This document shows positions 18,560-27,476 of a stretch of 64,000 nt of DNA, piece after piece; positions within the stretch are counted from its first letter, which is position 1, and the number at the start of each line of letters is the position of its first letter. The stretch is from an uncultured virus (IMG/VR IMGVR_UViG_3300044715_000653) (lineage: Duplodnaviria > Heunggongvirae > Uroviricota > Caudoviricetes). Both the position numbers and the translations under genes were made by a program. The stretch is taken from the IMG/VR virus record IMGVR_UViG_3300044715_000653. One strand, written 5' to 3'. The notes below the pieces were generated by a model, which worked only from the letters and a program-made list of their open reading frames with translations, searched no databases and was not told the DNA's origin.

Positions 18560-18880
18560 TTACTTTGGAGGGTCTTCTAGATCAATTCTACGTAGTATTT
18601 CTTCATAGAATGTATCAACTTCACCGGAGAACTTACCCATTAGGTAAGTGATGCACTGACGACAGTAGTCGTAGTGTTTATTCTTATAACCTTGTAAAAA
18701 TTCTGCATGTAGATTAGTGTATTGTTCTAGCGTAGGCAAATCACCTAGGCTAATTTTATCAGCAGGAATTAGGCAAAATACTTCAAGACTTGCACCATCT
18801 CGCTCAACTGTTTCTAAATCTAATACAGTGTACTTTTCACGCAGTTTTTCTGCGTTTTCTCTACCAAATATAATTTCCAC
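18560..18880 (-). CDS. stand-alone homologue of the adenylate cyclase C-terminal region
   Basis: Aligns by eye with the last ~95 aa of 5257..7281 (see findings). Confidence 0.6.
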   Translation of the reverse strand: MEIIFGRENAEKLREKYTVLDLETVERDGASLEVFCLIPADKISLGDLPTLEQYTNLHAEFLQGYKNKHYDYCRQCITYLMGKFSGEVDTFYEEILRRIDLEDPPK

Positions 18881-19419
18881 TATCGTTTCTCCGTAATTCC
18901 GGCTTGTTTAAACACGTACTGGACTGCCTGCGCTTGACTGACTGCATCTTCTAATGCATTATGCAGGCCTGCTTTGTTCTTTTCACGTGGGTCACCTAGA
19001 CTACTTAACAAAGTACGACTATCACGGATCTGCCAGAACTGCCATGGACAAGGTTTGCCCAATCGTCTGTATAAGTTTTCTAAAATAACAATATCAAACA
19101 CCGGACCTTGTGCCCAAATATTGTCAGCACCTACTAGGAAACGATTTAAGTTTTGTGTGAACTCTTCTAGGCTAATACGGTTCTCAGGACTAAGTGCTTC
19201 TTCACGCACATCTTCTGCTTGGGTGCCCCACCATGCTACAGTGTTTTCGTCTACATGGCTACCTAACTCAATTTGTTCATCAACATTAATACGATAGTAG
19301 ATACCATCTGTCATAGGCTCTTGATTGTATGGGCTAAACTTAATAGCGCCAAATGTTAAGATAGTTGCTTCTGGGCGGGTACTTAGTGTTTCTAAATCAA
19401 GCATAACCGAAAAACTCAT
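18880..19419 (-). CDS. DEDDh 3'-5' exonuclease
   Basis: MLDLETL, WAQGPVFD, RDSRT, HNALEDA. Confidence 0.88.
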   Translation of the reverse strand: MSFSVMLDLETLSTRPEATILTFGAIKFSPYNQEPMTDGIYYRINVDEQIELGSHVDENTVAWWGTQAEDVREEALSPENRISLEEFTQNLNRFLVGADNIWAQGPVFDIVILENLYRRLGKPCPWQFWQIRDSRTLLSSLGDPREKNKAGLHNALEDAVSQAQAVQYVFKQAGITEKR

Positions 19420-19504
19420 TTTATTCCTTTATGAGATAAATAATAATGTAGTTCGCGATATGGGGATATCCAACTACTCTATAACTGAAAAGGAGTTACA
19501 GCAA

Positions 19505-20212
19505 ATGTATTTACAAAATAAATATTCTAAGTATTATTTTAACATAGTATCTAACGCAAAGTCAAGAACTTTATCACCAGAAACATATATAGAACGCCAT
19601 CATATTATACCAAAAAGTTTAGGTGGCAATAATTCTAAAGATAACTTAGTAAGCCTAACAGCACGAGAACACTTTGTTTGTCATTTATTACTACCAAAAA
19701 TGACTACAGGCCAGGCACAAATTAAAATGTTTCACGCGGCTTGGCGTATGTGCTGTAAAGGTAAGAACAGCAAACACGACTACAAAATGACATCTACTAT
19801 ATACGAAAAACTTAAATCACAACGAGCAGAATATCTTAAAACTTTAACAGGTCCGCTCAATCCTAACTACGGTAGAAAAACAGGACGCACATCAGAAGAT
19901 TTTACTCTCGAATGGAGAGAAAAGTTATCATTATCAAGGCAAGGGCAATCAAGTTGGAATAAAGGTATTGCTCGAACAGATGAAGAAGTATCTAAAATAT
20001 CTGTTACTCGCAAACTACGAGCAGGAACTCCTGGGTGGAATGTTCGCCCACCTTGCTCAGACGAAAAAGCGGAAAAGATTAAACAATCACTTATTGGCAA
20101 ACGCTGGGTACATAACAAGGAAACATGTGATAGAAAATACATATCACCTGAGTTATTTAACGAGTATATTAGTTTAGGTTGGATACCCGGATTAGGACCT
20201 AGAACTAAGTAA
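19505..20212 (+). mobile_element. free-standing HNH homing endonuclease with NUMOD3-like tail
   Basis: ERHHIIPKSLGGNNSKDNLVSLTAREHFVCHLLL; NPNYG and SWNKG repeats; AAGGAG RBS supports ATG 19505; opposite strand to neighbours. Confidence 0.85.
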
Positions 20213-20213
20213 G

Positions 20214-20402
20214 TTATCTCTTCTGCATCAACTTTCTACATTGTTCTTTAACAGTTTGCGGAACATCTGGGCTAATTTCTGCAATAGCACAATCATATTT
20301 CATAGTGATGTGTTCTACACTTGAACCATACACTGCCCACACTAATGCAAGCCATGCAATGATCATTAATAAACCAATTTTAATATTACCCATTATGCTC
20401 AT
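20214..20402 (-). CDS. small membrane protein
   Basis: TM helix plus YDCAIAEISPDVP..VKEQCRK. Confidence 0.6.
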   Translation of the reverse strand: MSIMGNIKIGLLMIIAWLALVWAVYGSSVEHITMKYDCAIAEISPDVPQTVKEQCRKLMQKR

Positions 20403-20871
20403 CCTTTAATAGTTTAATTGTTTCAGCATGTGCTACACGCTTACGCAAACTTGAACTAGAGAAACTATGGTCACGTCCATTAAATACCAATTCAATGTTA
20501 CGCATCATACATTCCTCTCGCCCTGTAAACTCTTCGTGTTCATATTCAACACCTAAGACACGCACATCCAATGGTAAGATTAGCAACAGGTCAATTAGGT
20601 CTTGTTCTGTTTGGTAGATAACTACTTCATCTACATAGCGACAAGCGGCTAGCTGGATCTGACGTTCAACAATACTTTGAATAGGTTTATTCTTAGTATC
20701 GGGACGATCAATAGTTGGATCTGTTTGTAGACCACAAATTAGGTAATCACAATGATTTTTAGCTTCGCTTAACATAGCTATATGGCCAGCATGTAGCATG
20801 TCAAACGTACTAAAAGTTATACCAATTTTCTTACCTTCTTGCTTGAGTTCTTTAATTTTATTAAAAATCAA
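20386..20871 (-). CDS. cytidylyltransferase (TagD-like)
   Basis: FDMLHAGH motif; RDHSFSSS. Confidence 0.88.
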   Translation of the reverse strand: MIFNKIKELKQEGKKIGITFSTFDMLHAGHIAMLSEAKNHCDYLICGLQTDPTIDRPDTKNKPIQSIVERQIQLAACRYVDEVVIYQTEQDLIDLLLILPLDVRVLGVEYEHEEFTGREECMMRNIELVFNGRDHSFSSSSLRKRVAHAETIKLLKDEHNG

Positions 20872-21485
20872 AATTGTAATTCCCGAGTTTCATTCTGCCA
20901 ATTAGTGGTTGTATTAACTATTTCAAATAACATGTTTGCAATTTTTAAATTATTTTCTGTGCTGAAATGGTTGTTTCTAGTATCATATATGAATTTGTTA
21001 CAATCGGTAAGTTCTCTTAAACTTAAATCGTACAATGTCGTTCTATCAACTTTAACTCCGTTTAACTTATTAAAATATTTAGAAGTTAAAGGAAAATTTT
21101 GAACATGTATTACTTTTTTGTCCGCTAATAGATTATTTAATTCTTTGAACCATTGTCGACAACACCAATCATTGAATTTAAGATTTTGTAATTTTGTCAA
21201 ATAAAGTTTAATAACATCCGGATCGTCATCTCCTATGCGTAAGGTACCATCAGTACCAATAATCCTATTTGGGTCAGTGTGACAATATACAATAAGATCA
21301 GTTTTTTTAAATTCATCCGATGTATAAATTTTCATAAAATGTTCTCTTATGAACCACCAAGATTCGCCAGGTAAACCGGCACCAATTAAATTTAAATTTA
21401 ATAGGTTCGACAAATACACAGGCCAGTCTGTATCTATATATCTGTGATCACAAAAACTATCACCTATTACTAACAAGTTTCTCAT
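20868..21485 (-). CDS. SGNH/GDSL-like hydrolase
   Basis: IGDSF block I, C-terminal NHF; AT-rich. Confidence 0.6.
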   Translation of the reverse strand: MRNLLVIGDSFCDHRYIDTDWPVYLSNLLNLNLIGAGLPGESWWFIREHFMKIYTSDEFKKTDLIVYCHTDPNRIIGTDGTLRIGDDDPDVIKLYLTKLQNLKFNDWCCRQWFKELNNLLADKKVIHVQNFPLTSKYFNKLNGVKVDRTTLYDLSLRELTDCNKFIYDTRNNHFSTENNLKIANMLFEIVNTTTNWQNETRELQF

Positions 21486-21787
21486 GCAGCAGGTTCAAGT
21501 TTAATTACAAGTGGAAAGCCATTTGCTCTAGCAAGTTGTGTTGCTTCAACACCTTTTTGTTCTGCCATTTCATAAGGTAACACAATAACTGTTGCACTGC
21601 CTTCTTCGTGAATAGTTTGTGTAATTTCAATTGCAGTGTCAACGGCAATATCAAATACCACACGCAGACTTTCAATAACAAATTCCATAGTTGTTACATT
21701 ATCATTGATATAAATGACCTTGTACATACTGGGTTCTTTGACTGATAAGTTTGGTGTTGTTTTAACTTTTGCAATTGCCTTGGCCAT
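21482..21787 (-). CDS. clpS: ClpS N-degron adaptor
   Basis: PSMYKVIYINDNVTTMEFV, IHEEG, YEMAEQK, ANGFPL; start at ATG 21787. Confidence 0.9.
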   Translation of the reverse strand: MAKAIAKVKTTPNLSVKEPSMYKVIYINDNVTTMEFVIESLRVVFDIAVDTAIEITQTIHEEGSATVIVLPYEMAEQKGVEATQLARANGFPLVIKLEPAA

Positions 21788-21817
21788 ATCTTCTCTCTTT
21801 GTATTTTTGTTGAGGAT

Positions 21818-21837
21818 GGGTGGAGTTTCCTCCACCC
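21818..21837 (-). other. intergenic GC hairpin between hsp20 and clpS
   Basis: GGGTGGAG-GAAA-CTCCACCC with no U tract; probably mRNA stabilising or attenuating. Confidence 0.55.
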
Positions 21838-21851
21838 TTATTACTATACTA

Positions 21852-22316
21852 CTACTTTTCGAAAGAAATTGCAACCTTTTGTTTAACTGGTTCAGGTGTG
21901 AATTGTTCCAATTTAACTGTTAGGATACCGTTCTTAACGTGTGCTGAGTTAACTTCTACACCCTCGGCTAACTTGATGCGTTTAACAAAGTCACGAGCCG
22001 CAATACCACGATGGATATACTCAACTGGATTATGTTCAAGGTCATGAAGAGCTTCTTCTAAGCTGACTTCACGGTTAGTGCCGCGGATAACTAATTCACC
22101 GTTTTCAATTTCTACATCTAATTCATCTTCAGCAAAACCAGCTACTGCTAATTCAATGGCGTAGTTAGTTTCGTTTAGTTTAATTAGATTAAACGGTGGG
22201 TAGCCCGAATCCTTACCGCGTTGCTCTAAGTGTTGCAGTTGTGAAAATAACTCATCGAAGCCGATAGCAAACTTATAGATGCTAGGGATGTCAAGGGTTG
22301 TGTAAACTTGTTTCAT
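21852..22316 (-). CDS. small heat-shock protein (Hsp20/IbpA family)
   Basis: IGFD, YPPFNL, ELAVAGF, YIHRGIAARDF, NGILTV. Confidence 0.93.
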   Translation of the reverse strand: MKQVYTTLDIPSIYKFAIGFDELFSQLQHLEQRGKDSGYPPFNLIKLNETNYAIELAVAGFAEDELDVEIENGELVIRGTNREVSLEEALHDLEHNPVEYIHRGIAARDFVKRIKLAEGVEVNSAHVKNGILTVKLEQFTPEPVKQKVAISFEK

Positions 22317-24232
22317 TATTTACTCTCCTTGTCAACTTCTGTAAATTCAGCATCAACAACACCATCTTGCGCATCTGAAGCTGTTTGTGCACCAGGCTCA
22401 ACTGTTGCTGACTCTTGTGCTTGTTTAGCTTGATAGATTGGTGCTACTGGTTCTGCTAATTTTACCATTGCTGATTTAATAGCTTCTACATCATCACCCT
22501 TGATGGCTTCTTCAACCGCGGTAATTGCATCATTGATTGCAGTATGCTGTTCAGCAGTTACCGCGTCACCAGCTTCTTCTACAGTTTTCTTAACATCGTG
22601 AACCTGTGCTTCAGCTTGGTTACGTGCATCAACTAATTCACGCAATTTTTTATCTGCATCAGCATTAACTTCTGCATCACGTACCATTGCATCAATTTCT
22701 TCTTCGGTTAGACCTGAGTTAGCTTTGATAGTAATCTTGTTTTCTTTGCCAGTTGCTTTATCTTTAGCACTTACTTTAAGAATACCGTTAGCATCGATGT
22801 CAAGTGTAATTTCAATCTGCGGTTGGCCACGACGTTGTGGTTCGATACCTTCTAAATTGAACTGACCAAGTACTTTGTTGTCCTTGACAAACTCACGCTC
22901 ACCCTGTGCTACCATAACAGTCACAGCTGGTTGATTGTCTTCTGCTGTGGAGAATGTTTGGCTTGCTTTGGTTGGGATAGTTGTATTTTTCTTAATCAGC
23001 TTGGTCATAATACCACCCATTGTTTCAATACCCAATGATAGTGGAGTTACGTCTAGTAACAATACATCAGTCTTATCGCCACCCAATACCGCACCTTGAA
23101 TTGCCGCACCAACTGCCACAGCTTCATCTGGGTTAACGTCTTTACGTGGTGCACGACCAAAGAATGCTTCAACAGCTTCTTGTACTTTAGGCATACGTGT
23201 CTGACCACCGACTAAGATAACATCGTCAATGTCACTGATGTTAATACCAGAGTCTTTAACAGCAATTTTACATGGGTCAATCGAACGTTTAATTAAATCT
23301 TCAACTAAACTTTCAAACTTACTACGTGTTAGTTTAACTGACAAGTGTTTAGGACCGGTTGCATCAGCAGTGATGTAAGGTAAGTTTACATCTGTCTGTG
23401 TTGAACTTGACAATTCAATTTTAGCTTTTTCAGCTGATTCTTTAAGACGTTGTAGGGCTAGCATATCTTGTTTTAAGTCAATGCCAGACTCTTTCTTAAA
23501 CTCATCTACCAAGTATTCCATAATACGTTGGTCAAAGTCTTCACCGCCTAGGAATGTATCACCATTGGTAGATAATACTTCAAATTGTTTTTCGCCGTCG
23601 ATGTCGCTGATTTCAATGATACTGATATCAAATGTACCACCACCTAGGTCATACACAGCAATCTTACGGTCTTTCTTATCACCTTTATCGCAACCAAATG
23701 CCAGTGCGGCCGCAGTAGGCTCGTTAATAATACGGAGTACTTCCAAGCCGGCAATCTTACCAGCATCTTTAGTAGCTTGTCTTTGACTGTCGTTAAAGTA
23801 CGCAGGGACTGTGATAACTGCCTGCGTTACACTGTAACCTAAATAGTCTTCTGCTGTCAATTTCATTTTGCGCAGAACTTCTGCTGAAATTTGTGGAGGT
23901 GCTAGTTTGTCACCGTTGACTTCAACCCATGCATCACCATTTTCGTTTTTAACGATCTTGTAAGGCATTAGGTCAATGTCTTTTTGTACAGCGTCTTCAT
24001 CAAACTTACGACCAATAAGTCGTTTGCTGGCGTAGATTGTGTTTTTTGGATTAGTAACTGCTTGACGTTTAGCACTAGCACCTACAATAATTTCATCGCC
24101 GTAGGCAACGATACTTGGTGTAGTACGAGCACCTTCGTTATTTTCAATTACACGTGATTTGTTATTTTCAAGAATGGCCACACAAGAATTAGTGGTGCCT
24201 AGGTCAATACCTATGATTGTATTTTTGCTCAT
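22316..24232 (-). CDS. dnaK: Hsp70 chaperone DnaK
   Basis: [33 protein letters not shown]-terminal DAEFTEV. Confidence 0.97.
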   Translation of the reverse strand: MSKNTIIGIDLGTTNSCVAILENNKSRVIENNEGARTTPSIVAYGDEIIVGASAKRQAVTNPKNTIYASKRLIGRKFDEDAVQKDIDLMPYKIVKNENGDAWVEVNGDKLAPPQISAEVLRKMKLTAEDYLGYSVTQAVITVPAYFNDSQRQATKDAGKIAGLEVLRIINEPTAAALAFGCDKGDKKDRKIAVYDLGGGTFDISIIEISDIDGEKQFEVLSTNGDTFLGGEDFDQRIMEYLVDEFKKESGIDLKQDMLALQRLKESAEKAKIELSSSTQTDVNLPYITADATGPKHLSVKLTRSKFESLVEDLIKRSIDPCKIAVKDSGINISDIDDVILVGGQTRMPKVQEAVEAFFGRAPRKDVNPDEAVAVGAAIQGAVLGGDKTDVLLLDVTPLSLGIETMGGIMTKLIKKNTTIPTKASQTFSTAEDNQPAVTVMVAQGEREFVKDNKVLGQFNLEGIEPQRRGQPQIEITLDIDANGILKVSAKDKATGKENKITIKANSGLTEEEIDAMVRDAEVNADADKKLRELVDARNQAEAQVHDVKKTVEEAGDAVTAEQHTAINDAITAVEEAIKGDDVEAIKSAMVKLAEPVAPIYQAKQAQESATVEPGAQTASDAQDGVVDAEFTEVDKESK

Positions 24233-24238
24233 TGTTTT

Positions 24239-24294
24239 CTCCTTATAAAAAGCAAGTAGTAGTTGTAGACCCTAATTAGGCATCTACATAACTA
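24239..24294 (-). promoter_or_regulatory. ROSE-like RNA thermometer in the dnaK leader
   Basis: CUUGCUU-loop-AAGGAG hairpin with bulged G over the SD, preceded by a longer 5' hairpin. Confidence 0.6.
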
Positions 24295-24348
24295 TTTATC
24301 ATAATACACTATACTACATTAGTTGTCAAGTAGTTTGACAAGTAATTC

Positions 24349-24585
24349 TTAATAAAGTTTTGCTGGAAGTGTTTGACTGGATAATTTCTTTTTCCAGCGT
24401 TGTTTTGCCGCAGCCGCTTTGCGTTTGCGTTTAAGTGTAGGCTTTTCATATGATTCACGAGCACGTAAATCTAATATTAGTCCGCTGTCTTGAATGTTCT
24501 TTTTGAACTTGCGCATTGCCTGTTCTACGTTGTCATTCTTAACGTAGACTGTGTTGCCTCTTACCATTGAATCGTGTTGTGCCAT
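24349..24585 (-). CDS. rpsU: ribosomal protein bS21
   Basis: VYVKNDNVEQAMRKFKK...RESYEKPTLKRKRKAAAAKQR. Confidence 0.88.
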   Translation of the reverse strand: MAQHDSMVRGNTVYVKNDNVEQAMRKFKKNIQDSGLILDLRARESYEKPTLKRKRKAAAAKQRWKKKLSSQTLPAKLY

Positions 24586-24627
24586 TGATCGCTATCTTCC
24601 TTATTGAAATGTATTTATATGCGTTGT

Positions 24628-26229
24628 TTATTGAGGATTATTTTTAATATACTGTTGAATTTGTTCTTGCTCTGCTGGTGTAAGTAATTCCACATCATAC
24701 TCACCAGATGCTATTTTATTTGTTAGATGTTTGATATACTCTGTATCATATGAATATACATCAGTTGTAGTTTTGTCTACTTCGATCCACTTGATATCAT
24801 TCCATTTGTATAATCGACTAGGTAAATAGTCAACTCTTAGATAAAGATCACCCTTGACTGGAGCTTTTGGGAAGGTTGTACCAAATCCAGCACTTACACT
24901 ATTACCATCAAGTTCAGCATTGATACTTAAATCTGGTGCGATAACCTGTTGTGGTTGTGGATAATATGTGGCAATTGGATTGCCCAAATGGTCTGTTAGG
25001 GTAACTGGATCAACTGATTTAATCTGTGCCAATTCTTCGTGTTTAGCATCATGCTCTGCTTGTAGCACATCTAACTTAGCCTGCATTTCTGCAATTAAAC
25101 TAATAGCATTGTCTAAGTCTTGTTTACTAGTGTCTGTATCAATAGCCTCTTGAGCCCACATTTCTTCACCTTCTGGTATAGGAATATCTAAAGGATCTTC
25201 GTCAACTGGTTGTTGTTTAGGTACTAGTCCTTCATCTGAAGTACGTTCGGGCCAAACCCAAGGAGTATGCAAATATGCTTGTGTGCTAGCATAATTATTA
25301 GGTAAACGACCATCGTTGTCATCAATTGACTTGGCTAGTTCTTTGCCATCATCAAAGAACTTTTGCATTGCAATGTAATCGTCAACATCGGCTTCTTGCT
25401 TAATTTTTTCGTATTGTTCGTCGGTTAGCTGTCCATCGTCTAGTTCGTATTCATCTTCTTTCTTACGCTTGTCTTCTCTAGCCCACATAATAGTTTGCTC
25501 TGCGGCCAGGATAAGGATAAGTGCCAATGGGTCAAATACAAACACTAGTAGGATAATTACCCAACGTACAGCACGTTCTAGTAAGTTTGCATCTGGGTTA
25601 TCACCGTAGATAAGTGCGGCTATGTAACGGATAGGTCCGACTTCTGCTTCAATCTTACGATTCTGTGCGGCCAGTGGAGCACGTTCTGCTTGTAATGCTG
25701 ATATATTCTTTTGTGCGGCTGAGATGTCTGCTTGCAATGATTTACGTTCTTTGGCTTGATTCTTACGTATTTGTACAGCACGGTTGGCACCCCGATCGTC
25801 TGTGGTACGACCCAACATTTGGTCCACTTGTGCGTCCATTTGTTGTAGGGCTCGTTTGTTTACGCTGATATTATCCTGTTCTGTTTTAATCTTTTCATCT
25901 AAGATCTGCACCTGAGCGGCACTATCGCCTACTGTAATGTTTTGATCCATGTGGGCCTTGCTCAAAAATCCGAAGATCCCCATTGAGGTAATCAGCATCA
26001 GCACTAAAATGGCAGGAACAAGATAAAGTTTAAACTGTATGTTAGCACGATGCCAAAATTTATGTAGCCATACAGTAGCGGCAATTTTACCTACTTCGAG
26101 TACAGCACCCATAATGATAATAGGCACTACTGCCGCGGCAAAAATAGCTGTTAATCCAGCTATGGAATAGTATGCGGCCACGGCTGAAATGCTTAAAGCC
26201 ACCGCTAAGATGAATAATCCAAATAACAT
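24628..26229 (-). CDS. membrane-anchored coiled-coil phage protein
   Basis: Three N-terminal TM segments, coiled coil, EVGPIRYIA, VFDPLA TM, acidic tail. Confidence 0.7.
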   Translation of the reverse strand: MLFGLFILAVALSISAVAAYYSIAGLTAIFAAAVVPIIIMGAVLEVGKIAATVWLHKFWHRANIQFKLYLVPAILVLMLITSMGIFGFLSKAHMDQNITVGDSAAQVQILDEKIKTEQDNISVNKRALQQMDAQVDQMLGRTTDDRGANRAVQIRKNQAKERKSLQADISAAQKNISALQAERAPLAAQNRKIEAEVGPIRYIAALIYGDNPDANLLERAVRWVIILLVFVFDPLALILILAAEQTIMWAREDKRKKEDEYELDDGQLTDEQYEKIKQEADVDDYIAMQKFFDDGKELAKSIDDNDGRLPNNYASTQAYLHTPWVWPERTSDEGLVPKQQPVDEDPLDIPIPEGEEMWAQEAIDTDTSKQDLDNAISLIAEMQAKLDVLQAEHDAKHEELAQIKSVDPVTLTDHLGNPIATYYPQPQQVIAPDLSINAELDGNSVSAGFGTTFPKAPVKGDLYLRVDYLPSRLYKWNDIKWIEVDKTTTDVYSYDTEYIKHLTNKIASGEYDVELLTPAEQEQIQQYIKNNPQ

Positions 26230-26293
26230 AGTTAATTATTTATTGAGTTGTAACTGATAGTTTAACATGGTAGTTTATAATAGTCAAGAAAAA

Positions 26294-27193
26294 TTACGCA
26301 ATTTGATTAACATAAACGATAACCCCGGGTGTCTTTGGTCTGATTGGGCTAGTCTGTTCAGCAAACGTGGTAATAGCAATACCAATATCATCAGTGGCCC
26401 ACATTATTTGTACAGTGTCACTGGCATTAAGGCTAGTAACTATAGGAGTGACTGCTATCAATTTGCCCACGGCGCCACCAGGATTACTATTTCGACTGTG
26501 TATAGTAAATCTACTATTGCTGTCTGGTAAGTTTATATTGTTAATCCTAACCCAAACATCTATATCATGATTAGCATTGTCTGTGTTAGTGAATTGTATG
26601 CTGTATTGTATGTCGTATACTCCACTAGTAGTAACTACAATGTTGCTATTGGATATAGAAACTCCGGAGCTGATCGAAGTATTACCAATTGGCACTTTAT
26701 ACGCTAGGGCAATATTAGATATTGTTTGTGTAGTGATATCATAAAAAGAACCGTAGTCACCACCTATAAAAGTATTACCTGCTGGTCCAACATTCCCCTG
26801 AATGCCTTGTGGTCCAACATTCCCCTGAATGCCTTGTGGTCCAACATTCCCCTGAATGCCTTGTGGTCCAACATTCCCCTGAATGCCTTGTGGTCCAACA
26901 ACATTGCCTGCCCAGATAGCAGAACTGTTACTAAATGTGATTAATAAATTGCCACCAATTACTGTGGCATTTGAAATGCTAACACCATTTGCTCCAGTGG
27001 CTCCTACATTGCCGTTTGCTCCGTCGCATAATGGTAGGCCACCCGCAGTAACTCCGTCACTTAATCTCAAGCAACCTAAGGTAGGGTTATAGAATATTTG
27101 ACCAATTTCACCTACCCATACGTTAGCATTGTAAGGAGTCTTACTGGTCCAAAGTGTTCTTGTGGTATTGTTTATATCAGACTGGATAGACAT
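26294..27193 (-). CDS. collagen-repeat fibre protein with BclA/C1q-like C-terminal domain
   Basis: (GPQGIQGNV)n repeats; SGVYDIQYSIQF. Confidence 0.8.
   Translation of the reverse strand: MSIQSDINNTTRTLWTSKTPYNANVWVGEIGQIFYNPTLGCLRLSDGVTAGGLPLCDGANGNVGATGANGVSISNATVIGGNLLITFSNSSAIWAGNVVGPQGIQGNVGPQGIQGNVGPQGIQGNVGPQGIQGNVGPAGNTFIGGDYGSFYDITTQTISNIALAYKVPIGNTSISSGVSISNSNIVVTTSGVYDIQYSIQFTNTDNANHDIDVWVRINNINLPDSNSRFTIHSRNSNPGGAVGKLIAVTPIVTSLNASDTVQIMWATDDIGIAITTFAEQTSPIRPKTPGVIVYVNQIA
26783..26900. repeat. 27-bp perfect tandem repeat, four copies plus a partial copy
   Basis: Unit TGGTCCAACATTCCCCTGAATGCCTTG. Confidence 0.95.
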
Positions 27194-27207
27194 AGGTATT
27201 ACCTATC

Positions 27208-27462
27208 CTATCCTTCAAAAGGTTCGTCTTCTTCTGCTGTGGTAATTACTGCTATACCAGCGTTGCGTTTGATATGATCAAGTTCATCAGGTTCTTCATC
27301 GTAGACATTGTCTATACCCTGTGAACGTTTAAGTATTTCAATTTTTTGTTGTAGTGGTGGAACCATAACACCGGGTTCATCTGGTGTAATTTCCTGAGAC
27401 TGTGCTTGTTCTTCTTGATCTAACAAGTCAATCATGTGTTTGAATAATTCTGCTATCTTCAT
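27208..27462 (-). CDS. small acidic late protein
   Basis: MKIAELF start; MVPPLQQKIEILK; TAAATA upstream. Confidence 0.7.
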   Translation of the reverse strand: MKIAELFKHMIDLLDQEEQAQSQEITPDEPGVMVPPLQQKIEILKRSQGIDNVYDEEPDELDHIKRNAGIAVITTAEEDEPFEG

Positions 27463-27476
27463 AATATGTATTTACC

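Noticed and set aside
19325..19504. N-terminal extension of the HNH ORF given in the track
   Set aside because: It overlaps the exonuclease gene; promoter, hairpins and AAGGAG point to ATG 19505
26783..26900. Possible CRISPR array
   Set aside because: Repeats are contiguous with no spacers and encode in-frame collagen Gly-X-Y
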